This document shows positions 50,945 to 59,999 of a DNA stretch of 64,000 nucleotides, piece by piece. Numbering within the stretch: the first letter of the stretch is position 1; every line of letters begins with the position of its first letter. The DNA comes from a virus: positions 2,614-66,613 of IMG/VR virus record IMGVR_UViG_3300011253_000949; one strand, given 5' to 3'. The position numbers and the translations under genes are program-made. The notes beneath the pieces were generated by a model. That model worked only from the letters and a program-made list of their open reading frames with translations. It ran no database searches and was not told the DNA's origin.

Positions 50945-51205
50945 TCATCTCGTCATCCTTTCAATGCGACGTTGCTCCATGTTGATCATAAGAGTGATGA
51001 GCTTCTGGAGTGCGGATCGAACTGTAGATTCAGGAAGCTCACTTCGCAGTGTGATTAGCTCATCCAAGGTTGGAGTGGTGAGGTCTGAAGGCTGAGTCCG
51101 GATTGTGTGCTCCCTCAAGATGAAGCAGGCGTCACAATATGGAGAGCTTCCAAGAGGGTCGATGATCATTTGACAGCTTGGACATCGTGGTTTTGAATCA
51201 GTCAT
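50945..51205 (-). CDS. Small zinc-finger protein
   Basis: CPSC...CDAC; AAGGAG RBS. Confidence 0.6.
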   Translation of the reverse strand: MTDSKPRCPSCQMIIDPLGSSPYCDACFILREHTIRTQPSDLTTPTLDELITLRSELPESTVRSALQKLITLMINMEQRRIERMTR

Positions 51206-51260
51206 ATTGGTTCACTCCTTGTTCAATGTTTCTTCTTCAGCAAACTGGATACAGGCTTTG

Positions 51261-51755
51261 TTATCTTCCGTGGTTGGGATGGTAGTCATAGAGTTGCTCC
51301 ATTTCTTTCCGGGCTTCACAGGCTAGGCGAAACGCTTCTTCTTCTCCGTATTTGGAGATCGAGAAAGTTTTGATTTTCTGCTTGCCGTCTTTGTCATGGC
51401 ATGTGGCGCGCCACATACTAATTTTTTGATTGCCTCGGCGTGTGGTTTCCCAGTGACTTACGCCTTGGACCCCAGAGGCATTATCCTGACGTTTGGCGGC
51501 ATTTCTTCTTTGTCCCTTGAGAGGAATACAACGAAGGTTTTCAAAACGGTTATCTGTTCGGATACCATTAATGTGATCGATCTGATGTCCCTTTGGAATG
51601 GGGCCATATTTCTGTTCCCATAGCCATCTATGCAGGTACATCACGCGGTTATTCCGTGAGATACGTATGTACCCGTTTTTACCGTTTGCAGCGGATTCTG
51701 GATAATGCTGGGCAAGCTCTTCAGCAGAGCCTGCCCATTTGTTTTTGTCAGTCAT
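51261..51755 (-). CDS. Free-standing HNH/AP2 homing endonuclease
   Basis: LHRWLW...IDHINGIRTDNRFENLR; NASGVQGV...KTFSISKYGEEEAF. Confidence 0.9.
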   Translation of the reverse strand: MTDKNKWAGSAEELAQHYPESAANGKNGYIRISRNNRVMYLHRWLWEQKYGPIPKGHQIDHINGIRTDNRFENLRCIPLKGQRRNAAKRQDNASGVQGVSHWETTRRGNQKISMWRATCHDKDGKQKIKTFSISKYGEEEAFRLACEARKEMEQLYDYHPNHGR

Positions 51756-51791
51756 ACCTTGATCTCCTTACATGATAACCATATAGGGAGG

Positions 51792-52616
51792 TTATTCTTT
51801 GTTCAATGGCTCTGCATCAGCAAATTCCACACATGCTTTATTCCAGTCTGATCCCTGATACGAAATGTGATAGCCTTGGCTGTATGTCCGGCCGCGTTTG
51901 TCGTATTTGTGTGTGAGCCAGAAGCGATCGCCTTGAGCCAGCAATGCTTTGATCACACCACGAGAGGATTTGTCGTACTTCTCAAATGCTTTGACACGTT
52001 TGCGGAAGTCTTCTTTGCTTTCACCATCTTTGGGTTTGTCGAGGTTCTTCCATTGGTGTTGTACAAACGAAACCACATCTGTGTTCAGGCTTAGAGGAAT
52101 ACGATTCATCCGGTTGATGTGATCCAGACAGACATCTTCAGCATGGTGATTGTCTTTGAGGATGATCGAACCTGAGATGGTTTGATATCCCGTCTGCAGG
52201 TTGTTTCGTACCGGTACTGGTTCTTCGATCATAGGCAGTGGGTACTGAAGCATTGCCATACGTGTTTTGACATCTTGGGTGATGTCATAGGTCATCACGA
52301 TGGTTTGGGTCATTTCATCCCAATCTACGAAGTCTTTCTCCGCGGCGATCAGGATCATGTCTGCGCATGCCTGTGCAGGGTTCTCTTCCAACTCGAAGTG
52401 TTTCTTCAAGATGGCTACGAGGACAGGGATGCCGGCACGTTTGTGCAGCACGAGTTGGACAAGGAGATCCAATCCAAAGGAGATGGGGATCTCTGCTTCG
52501 ATGAGAGCATCAGAGAAGTTAGCCTGGATGAACTCATATTTGATGAGGGACATTGCTTGGTGCTTTGAGAACAGCTGTTCCATTGCAATCTGTGAAGTGA
52601 ATTCGAGATCAGTCAT
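51792..52616 (-). CDS. RNA polymerase II subunit 1 (N4 gp15-like)
   Basis: QYPLPMI, NHHAEDVCLDHIN and THKYDKRGRTYSQGYH (DxRGR) motifs. Confidence 0.93.
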   Translation of the reverse strand: MTDLEFTSQIAMEQLFSKHQAMSLIKYEFIQANFSDALIEAEIPISFGLDLLVQLVLHKRAGIPVLVAILKKHFELEENPAQACADMILIAAEKDFVDWDEMTQTIVMTYDITQDVKTRMAMLQYPLPMIEEPVPVRNNLQTGYQTISGSIILKDNHHAEDVCLDHINRMNRIPLSLNTDVVSFVQHQWKNLDKPKDGESKEDFRKRVKAFEKYDKSSRGVIKALLAQGDRFWLTHKYDKRGRTYSQGYHISYQGSDWNKACVEFADAEPLNKE

Positions 52617-53122
52617 ACGAGCTCCATGATTTGTGCTTGGGCATTCTCGAGCGTGAGTGCTCCAAGGTTGATGACGGGGATGTTGTTGGCGAGAGCAATG
52701 TTGATTGCCAGTGCTGTGCCTCCCACAAGCTTTCCGTTAGGTGTCCAACACACGACAAAGTTGGTGGGTGACTGGAGTGAGACTCCCAGGATCTGATGCA
52801 CATTGCGTGCCATCAGCTTTCGGCCGGCCGTGTAGAGCTTGGGCCAGTTAGGATGGAATGATTCAGCAATCGCATAAGCTTCTTGCTTTGGTTCAAGCTT
52901 GCTGTGGTGACCATTGAAAGAGGGCCAAGGAAGGTAGATCTCACGCCGTCCATTGTACTCTGTGGCTCCCCTCTCAAAGGCTGCGTCAGCGCCCTCTGCA
53001 GCGCCTGAGCGTAGGGTGAAGTCCTGTTGAGCCATGAAGCCTGCAAGGGCTTCCATAGCCTCTAAAATGACGGGTGGAGTCTTTCGAGATCCAATACCTG
53101 TGTAGGCACGATATTCATACAT
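52613..53122 (-). CDS. SLOG / DprA-Smf-like Rossmann-fold protein
   Basis: YTGIGSR, LRSGAAEGAD, ARN and GGT motifs. Confidence 0.75.
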   Translation of the reverse strand: MYEYRAYTGIGSRKTPPVILEAMEALAGFMAQQDFTLRSGAAEGADAAFERGATEYNGRREIYLPWPSFNGHHSKLEPKQEAYAIAESFHPNWPKLYTAGRKLMARNVHQILGVSLQSPTNFVVCWTPNGKLVGGTALAINIALANNIPVINLGALTLENAQAQIMELV

Positions 53123-53345
53123 AGCAGCTCCATGGCTTTAGGGTGTGTCCAGTGAAAACAGGGGTTTTTTGGGGAGTTAGGTTATAGGTAATAAAGTTCG
53201 GTCAAATTTGACCAATCTACGGGGCTGGAAGCCCCTGAATACCTAAAGACACCTAATAACCTAGAGTAACTACTGAGTAGGTTACTCATACTATCTAAGT
53301 AGAAATGTAGTAGCCCACCCGGATCACTCCGGGCAGGCTCTTGGT

Positions 53346-53759
53346 TTACGCTGACTTCTTGGCGAATCCGAGGCTGTTCAACGTGTGCATGTGAGGATTA
53401 TCCCCAGGTGCACCAGCTGCTACAGCATCAGCGACACGGCGCATCTGGATTTGTAGGTCATTGATGATGAACTCCTCGCCTGGAGCCATCTCACCAGCAG
53501 CGTCTTGCAGCTGCTTCAACAGTGCATTCTTGGCCTGCACCAGCTGATTGTACTCGACATTGCTGCCACGTACTTTGGCTTCCAGCATCGTATCAATGCC
53601 GAGACCCAGTGGCAGAGAGACAAACATCTCTTCGCCGGTATGTGGATCAGTAGAAGTGAAACCAACGTTCATCCATACAACAGGCTGTGCCTTGCTGTTG
53701 GCTGCTGTCTCTTCAACAGGTGACTTTGGTGCGGTGATGATGTTGCGTTCGATTGCCAT
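53346..53759 (-). CDS. N4 gp2-like ssDNA-binding RNAP II activator (Drc family)
   Basis: WMNVGF, FVSLPLGLGID, PGEE and IQMRRV motifs. Confidence 0.82.
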   Translation of the reverse strand: MAIERNIITAPKSPVEETAANSKAQPVVWMNVGFTSTDPHTGEEMFVSLPLGLGIDTMLEAKVRGSNVEYNQLVQAKNALLKQLQDAAGEMAPGEEFIINDLQIQMRRVADAVAAGAPGDNPHMHTLNSLGFAKKSA

Positions 53760-53929
53760 TGTTTTGGGCTCCTATAACAATGATTATTGGTTCGCTACAC
53801 AGGATGCATAGCGAGTCCGTTTGGGTCGTAAGTTGTAGAGTGATTGTCGATCAGGGCAGATAATCTACCCCAAAGAAACAACTGTTGGTACGCTAACACA
53901 GTTTGTTAGATATGCTACCATCAGTAGTA

Positions 53930-54177
53930 TTATTTTTGCTGAGTGAGGGTCAGCAACAGGTCAGAGTAATCTGCCGGTTTGATGGGTTTGAGGCCCATCT
54001 GAGGATCACTGAGCTTACGCTTCAGATAGATGTAAGGATAAGTTTTCATTGGTTTACCTTTCAGGTGAGGGACACTGCGATGAACGCAGTGCAGATGGTT
54101 GCCACAACAGTAAAGATCAGGAGATCTTCTTTATCCGCGGCAAGATGTTTGCACAGAAATGCAATGAATAAGGCCAT
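53930..54177 (-). other. Two very small early ORFs (53930-54049, 39 aa; 54061-54177, 38-aa hydrophobic peptide)
   Basis: Hand translation; RBSs AAGG and AAAGGAGG. Confidence 0.5.
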
Positions 54178-54321
54178 GGAGACCTCCTTTCTGACTGATG
54201 TGAGGGGTGTGAAGCCCAGCTACAGATGATTCTGTAACTGAGCTGTGACCGGTACAACGAGCATCACCGGTTGAAGCCTTGTGCGTTTAGCTCACAAGGA
54301 GAGCTGGACTGTTTGGCAACA

Positions 54322-54343
54322 ATCCACAGGCTGCGGAGCAGCC
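54322..54343 (-). promoter_or_regulatory. vRNAP hairpin promoter P3
   Basis: Template (+) strand ATCCA..GGCTGC GGA GCAGCC, matching the N4 C-GGA-G triloop promoter design. Confidence 0.85.
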
Positions 54344-54412
54344 CTTAGTTATTACCAAAACAGTAGTTTCAGTCAGTCACGTAGGTATCCTCTGGATGTA
54401 GAGTCAGATGGA

Positions 54413-55108
54413 TCATGATGGTTCTCCTTGGCACCAGATGTGTCGATCAAGATCGGCTTGATGCTCCTCTATCCATTCAAGGGCCTGATCGCACTCACCC
54501 ATCGAGCCGTAGAGGCTCAACGGGAAAGCACGTGTTTCGACATCAATGTCAGAAGCTGTAGGAGCTACCAACATGAAGATAATGACTGCGATACCGTTCA
54601 TGATTTGTTCTCCATGTTGGTTTTGATACGTTGAACAGTCTCACGCTGAACAGTTGTCAGCTTTGTAGGACCGTTGTTGTCCATCAGTGAGTAGATGATC
54701 TCACATAGGTCATTGCCACGTTCGATCTCCTGACGGATCATCTGCTCCTGAAACAAGAGCAGGTTATCCATCTGGTCCTCTTTGGTTCGAGGATCCATGT
54801 TGGGCTTACGTGGTGCGGTGAATTTGAGAGTCATGATGATTATCCTTTCAGGAGTTTGAGATTTGGGGTTAGGTGCGAACACCACCAGTAGAAGCAGATA
54901 GTTTTGCTGCTATACTGGCGACACGTTCCATACGGAGCTCAAGCTCAAGGTGACGGTCCATCATAGCTTCGGACAGCTCCTCGTCGTGTTCTCTGAGAGC
55001 CTCTGTACCAACCTCGGCACAATTGATCATTTGCTCAAAGAGACGTGTCTCTATGACGTCGATACGGTTCCAGTTCGGGTTGCGATAGTTCATTTGTGAG
55101 TAGGCCAT
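54413..55108 (-). other. Three early hypothetical genes (54413-54601, 54598-54834, 54869-55108)
   Basis: ORFs with RBSs downstream of promoter P2. Confidence 0.6.
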
Positions 55109-55170
55109 GTTGGTTCTCCTTTGAGAGGGTGAAATGAGTTTTGCTTTTGAAGAGTGATTTCTCCACAAGC

Positions 55171-55192
55171 ATCCAACGGCTACGGAGTAGCC
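55171..55192 (-). promoter_or_regulatory. vRNAP hairpin promoter P2
   Basis: ATCCA..GGCTAC GGA GTAGCC; same 13-nt ATCCA-to-loop offset as P1 and P3. Confidence 0.85.
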
Positions 55193-55341
55193 CTCACGTT
55201 GGAGAACAGGGATTTGCAGCACCCACTACCTAAATGGTGGAGTAGGGGCTGTATGGAGCTGTTTTGAGGGTGTGTGAGGATGCTGAAAGGGTTCAGGATG
55301 TGTTGTGGGATGAGGGAGTGAAGTGACAGGATTTGGGGAAA

Positions 55342-55393
55342 CAGCAGTTAACAGAGATAAACCGTAGTTAAAACAGTAGTTAACCGTAGTTAA
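55342..55393 (+). repeat. Four 10-bp direct repeats C(A/C)G(T/C)AGTTAA
   Basis: CAGCAGTTAA 55342, CCGTAGTTAA 55362, CAGTAGTTAA 55374, CCGTAGTTAA 55384. Confidence 0.75.
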
Positions 55394-55530
55394 CAGCGTG
55401 ACATCCAGTAATTTGATCAACATCCCTCATGAGTGATAGATTTTGTTTATACCCCTCCTGCACCTCTATCGGAGATAGTGTCGTTGTGTAAAAAAGAAGA
55501 GCCACACTCCCGAAGGAGTGCAGCATTGAT

Positions 55531-55857
55531 TTAGAGTTCAGCAAGAGCGGCTTGGTACTCAGCCATGATGGCATCGTAGCGCTGCTTGAGAGGGGCATTG
55601 GACTCGAGCTCTGCGTCGAGCTTGAGCATTGCGCGTGAACGCTCTGCTACACGCTCTGAGAGCTTAGAGGAGATACGCTCCTTGGCGTCGAGCTTGTTGG
55701 TGATCTTGGACTCGGTAGCCCAAGTCTTGAGGTTGTCCTCCATGACATCGACAGCAATGGATGCTGAGCCGATTGTTCTGCTGATGACGTTAGCAGTGGT
55801 GGAGATGACTGACAGTGAGTCAGATGCAGTGGTGCGTACGTTGACGAGGATAGACAT
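55531..55857 (-). CDS. First early gene (N4 gp1-like position)
   Basis: 108 aa, AGGAG RBS, immediately downstream of P1; followed by hairpin CACTCC TTCG GGAGTG and a T-rich run. Confidence 0.7.
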   Translation of the reverse strand: MSILVNVRTTASDSLSVISTTANVISRTIGSASIAVDVMEDNLKTWATESKITNKLDAKERISSKLSERVAERSRAMLKLDAELESNAPLKQRYDAIMAEYQAALAEL

Positions 55858-55890
55858 GATGAGCTCCTAGCTAGGGATGGACCGTGATTG

Positions 55891-55911
55891 ATCCAAAGAG
55901 TGCGGAGCACT
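55891..55911 (-). promoter_or_regulatory. vRNAP hairpin promoter P1
   Basis: ATCCA...AGTGC GGA GCACT. Confidence 0.85.
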
Positions 55912-56056
55912 GGTGAAGGGGGTAGGTACATCTAGGGTGAGAAATGAAGGTGGGGGGGGGTATTCTTTCTGTGTGTATCCACAGTGTAAGAGAGAGGCTT
56001 CAGACACCTCTAGGGTACTTTTCTGAGACCCTACCACACAAAAAATTCTAAAAATA

Positions 56057-56332
56057 TTATGAGGGATTTTTGACCCATGAAACTATCAGACAAACGTCGA
56101 TCCTACGGCCATCTTGTGTGGTGACAGGGGTGATGATGTGCTGTGTGTCTGCGGTATCTTCCCTGGCTTTGAATCCTTGGCTCCAGACCAGTTCTCCTAG
56201 GGAATAAGGCTCATCTATCCAGTCACCTGAGTCTATGCTCGCGCGTGTGGCATATAGAGGTAACAGTCTGTTTTGTTTAATATCTCTAAGTACTCTTCCT
56301 TTAGAGAAGCTTAGTATATTAGAACCTTTCAT
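56057..56332 (-). CDS. Hypothetical protein
   Basis: AGGAG RBS upstream of the ATG; 91 aa. Confidence 0.5.
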   Translation of the reverse strand: MKGSNILSFSKGRVLRDIKQNRLLPLYATRASIDSGDWIDEPYSLGELVWSQGFKAREDTADTQHIITPVTTQDGRRIDVCLIVSWVKNPS

Positions 56333-56517
56333 ACCTACATCTCCTATACATATATTTGATGTAATATCCCGACTAGGAAGTACGTAGTACTTCCGTAGGA
56401 AGGGATATTACTTATACAAGATAAACTAGATAGTACAAGAAAACCTATTGACTACCTAAAGCTTGTAAACATATCTAAGGGTATAATCTCTTAATATTTC
56501 ATAAGGTTAGATGATAT

Positions 56518-57384
56518 ATGCTTACTGTACCTGAGCTTAAAGAATGTTTACCTAAGCATCTTAGAACAGCAGCTACGCAAGAGTTTGCGGACAAGATCAA
56601 CACGATCGCTTCTGAACCAGAGACAGCTGAGTATATCAGGGATAACTTTGTCTCGTACATCAAGGTGCTTGAAGAGGGTAAGTTCAAGACTGAGGATTAC
56701 CTCAATGCGGTGTCCTATGTCAGTTATAAGCTGATGGGTCGAACCAACCAGGATGCGTACAAGGCAGCGTTTCCGGAGCGGTATAAGGCACTGGTGGCGA
56801 GGGGAGCCACGGATAAGGATATCTCGGCTTACGTGTCGGCGTATAACAAGAATAAGCTGGTGAACCTGATCCTACATCAATCCATGGTTCCCTCTTGGGT
56901 GTTGAACCAAGATCACTTCCAGAGAGCGATTAATACTCAGGCCGATCTTATGATCAACGCCAACAGTGAGAAGGTGAGAACGGACGCGGCTAACTCTTTG
57001 CTGACACATTTGAAGCCACCTGAGACCAAGCAGATGAAGGTCGATATTGGGATCCGTGAGTCAGAGGGTATGAGTGAGCTTAAGACCATGCTGAATGCCA
57101 TGGCTACGCGACAGCAGGAGCTTATTGGACAGGGTGTGACGACACGGGAGATTGCTCATCAGAAGCTTGGTTCTCCTTTGCCTGCTTTGGTAAACCACAC
57201 CACTCCACACCAACATGATATGATTGAGGCAACTGCAAAAGATGTGACGCCCAAAGAAGATAAGTTGAAGTCAATTTTTCAGCCAGAGCCGTCTTCGGCA
57301 TCCGTGCCGGATGCCACGACAGGCTCACATGAACCTGGGACCGTGAGTAAAGCCAATCCTTTGACATCGTTTCGGCCGGAGTAA
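56518..57384 (+). CDS. N4 gp69-like protein (possible terminase small subunit)
   Basis: YLNAVSYVSYKLMG, AYNKNKLVN and SEKVRTDAANSLLTHLKPPE motifs; upstream of terminase. Confidence 0.8.
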   Translation: MLTVPELKECLPKHLRTAATQEFADKINTIASEPETAEYIRDNFVSYIKVLEEGKFKTEDYLNAVSYVSYKLMGRTNQDAYKAAFPERYKALVARGATDKDISAYVSAYNKNKLVNLILHQSMVPSWVLNQDHFQRAINTQADLMINANSEKVRTDAANSLLTHLKPPETKQMKVDIGIRESEGMSELKTMLNAMATRQQELIGQGVTTREIAHQKLGSPLPALVNHTTPHQHDMIEATAKDVTPKEDKLKSIFQPEPSSASVPDATTGSHEPGTVSKANPLTSFRPE

Positions 57385-57578
57385 TGAGCATGCCTAAGAT
57401 TATCCAACAAGAGGTTAAGACCTACGTGATCAAAGTGATCTGCTGTGATGTTGAGATGTATCGGGCAAGCGTCGTAGAGGGCAGTAATCCAATCAAGTTT
57501 GAGTACCGGTGCAGGGGATGTGGGATGTCTTTTGAGAGCACCTATTCCTATCCGACAACCAAGAAGATGGTGGTCTAG
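57384..57578 (+). CDS. Small zinc-ribbon protein
   Basis: CC...CRGC...YP; coupled to both neighbours. Confidence 0.6.
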   Translation: MSMPKIIQQEVKTYVIKVICCDVEMYRASVVEGSNPIKFEYRCRGCGMSFESTYSYPTTKKMVV

Positions 57579-59249
57579 ATGCAGACACTTGATCCAGCTC
57601 ACTTGGAAGAGAGTCCGATTGACGAAGCAGCAGCGATCAGCGCGAAGCTTCTAAAGCGGGGACTGATCAAACAACCTGTTGATGATTGGCTCAATCAGGT
57701 CGATTACAAGAACATTAACACCGGCAACTATGTACCATCTACCTTTGCTCTGAACTTCATGAACTTCATCAAACTGGTGAATGGTGGGGAAGGGGAGCAG
57801 AACCTGACACCTGTTGTGCATCTGATGATGCTCGATGAGATTGCTGGAACCAAGAAGCGGATTGCGAACCTTTGTGCACGGGGCATGGCAAAGACCACGC
57901 TCATGTTTGAATACTTGGTTCTCTATGTGGCAGTCTTTGGCGAGATCGAAGGTTTCGGTGAGATCGATGGAATGATCTACGTGTCTGACTCCATGGACAA
58001 CGGTGTGAAGTCTGCACGCAAGAACATTGAGTTCCGGTACTACAACTCAGAATTCCTGATGGAATGGTTGCCTGAAGCCAAGTTCACAGACAACTACCTC
58101 GAGTTCAAAAACAAAGAAGGTCACCAGCTGGGCTGCAAGATGTTTGGTGCCAAGACCGGTCTGCGTGGTACGAAGATCTTTGGTAAACGTCCTGTGCTGG
58201 CTGTGCTCGATGATCTGGTCTCAGATGATGATGCCAAGTCTAAGGTGGCGATGGAAGCGATCAAGGACACGGTCTACAAAGGTGTGGATTATGCGCTGCA
58301 TCCTGGTCGTCGTAAGATCATCTTTAACGGAACCCCCTTTAACAAAAACGACATCCTCTACGAAGCCGTTGAATCGGGTGGGTGGCACGTCAACGTGTAT
58401 CCGATCTGCGAGAGGTTTCCTTGTTCAGAGGAGGATTTCTCAGGAGCCTGGGAAGACCGTTTCACCTATGAGTTCGTGCTCGAACAGTATGAGGTGGCAG
58501 CCGCCACAGGTAAGATGGCTGCCTTCATGCAGGAGCTTATGCTCAGGATCACCTCATCAGAAGAACGTCTGGTTCAGGATGAAGAGATCAAATGGTACAA
58601 ACGTTCGTCTGTGCTCAGCAACCGCGGCAAGTTCAACTTCTACATCACCACAGACTTTGCCACCAAAGCCAAACAATCTGCTGACTTCTCTGTCATCTCT
58701 GTCTGGGCCTACAGTGCCAATGGAGATTGGTTTTGGGTAGATGGCACCTGCGTCAAGCAGACCATGGACAAGAACATCAATGACCTGTTTCGCTTGGCTC
58801 AGACCTACAAGCCTCAGTCAGTGGGTGTTGAGATTGCCGGCCAACAAGGTGCGTTTATTGATTGGATCCAAGATCAGATGATCACCAGAAACATCTGGTT
58901 CAATCTGGCCCAAGGAAGAAATGGCAAAGCAGGTATCCAACCCGAAGGAGACAAGCTGGCACGTTTCAATCTCGTGGTTCCCCAGTTCAAAGCAGGCAAG
59001 ATCTTCTTTCCTGTTGAGATGAAGACATCTCTGATCGTGGGAGAGTTCATCAACGAAATTAGCATGACCACTCTGACCGGCATCAAATCAAAGAATGATG
59101 ACTGCCTCGACACAGTGTCCATGTTGCCGTATCTTAACGCTTGGAAGCCAAGCGAAGCCTCACCCCTTGCACAGACCGAAAACGGAATGTGGGAGATCGC
59201 GGATGAGTTCGATGACAGCCATTCTCCCATGTCTTCGTACATCGTCTAA
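57579..59249 (+). CDS. Terminase large subunit (N4 gp68-like)
   Basis: RGMAKTT Walker A, VLDDL Walker B, GTPF, TTDFAT and DDCLD nuclease motifs. Confidence 0.95.
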   Translation: MQTLDPAHLEESPIDEAAAISAKLLKRGLIKQPVDDWLNQVDYKNINTGNYVPSTFALNFMNFIKLVNGGEGEQNLTPVVHLMMLDEIAGTKKRIANLCARGMAKTTLMFEYLVLYVAVFGEIEGFGEIDGMIYVSDSMDNGVKSARKNIEFRYYNSEFLMEWLPEAKFTDNYLEFKNKEGHQLGCKMFGAKTGLRGTKIFGKRPVLAVLDDLVSDDDAKSKVAMEAIKDTVYKGVDYALHPGRRKIIFNGTPFNKNDILYEAVESGGWHVNVYPICERFPCSEEDFSGAWEDRFTYEFVLEQYEVAAATGKMAAFMQELMLRITSSEERLVQDEEIKWYKRSSVLSNRGKFNFYITTDFATKAKQSADFSVISVWAYSANGDWFWVDGTCVKQTMDKNINDLFRLAQTYKPQSVGVEIAGQQGAFIDWIQDQMITRNIWFNLAQGRNGKAGIQPEGDKLARFNLVVPQFKAGKIFFPVEMKTSLIVGEFINEISMTTLTGIKSKNDDCLDTVSMLPYLNAWKPSEASPLAQTENGMWEIADEFDDSHSPMSSYIV

Positions 59250-59267
59250 CTACGCTTGGAGTTTCAC

Positions 59268-59999
59268 ATGACCCTTGAAGAATTTTATGCAAAGCTATCG
59301 TTTGAACATCTGAGCAGTGTTGCTGCTGGTTCCAGTGGGGCAGGTGAGATCCACCCAGATCATCAGAACAAGGTACTTGGATTCACGAACAGTGGGCTTA
59401 TCCAACTGTACAGCAGATTCGCACATAAAAAGCGTTATGTTACTCTTGTGCTCGATGAAGCCATCAAGACCTACTATCTGTCGACAGACTATGCAGTCTC
59501 AAACACAGACATCACCAACACCAATCCGCGTTACTTGGCAGACACAGCCAATGATCCTTTCAAAGATGATCTGATCAAGATCCTTGGTGTGATCCAAGAA
59601 CCGATGACTGATGATGAGACCCAGGTTGAGATTCCCATCAATGACAATGGTGACAGCGCTTCAGTGAAGACGCTGGAGTACAACACACTCTATGTCAAAG
59701 AGCCGGAGCAAGGCCGTAACCTTTCAGTCGAGTATCAAGCCTATCACCCCAAGTTGCTCACTGATTGCAATGATGTGTTGGCTCAAAAGATCTACCTTTC
59801 TCCCATCCTGTCTGAACCGCTTGAGCTGTACGTTGCCAGCCGTGTGCTGATCGGTATGGGTGGTGAGGCTCATGTCAATCGCGGCATGGCTCTGCAGCAG
59901 CTGTATGAGAGCCTCTGCATGCGCGTGGAAGCCAAAGACACGATGCAGGTCACAGAGACTGACAATCATGACAAGCTGACGGAGCGAGGGTTTATCTGA
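59268..59999 (+). CDS. N4 gp67-like head-tail adaptor
   Basis: LYSRF, VEYQAYHP, LELYVASR and C-terminal ERGF; synteny. Confidence 0.8.
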   Translation: MTLEEFYAKLSFEHLSSVAAGSSGAGEIHPDHQNKVLGFTNSGLIQLYSRFAHKKRYVTLVLDEAIKTYYLSTDYAVSNTDITNTNPRYLADTANDPFKDDLIKILGVIQEPMTDDETQVEIPINDNGDSASVKTLEYNTLYVKEPEQGRNLSVEYQAYHPKLLTDCNDVLAQKIYLSPILSEPLELYVASRVLIGMGGEAHVNRGMALQQLYESLCMRVEAKDTMQVTETDNHDKLTERGFI

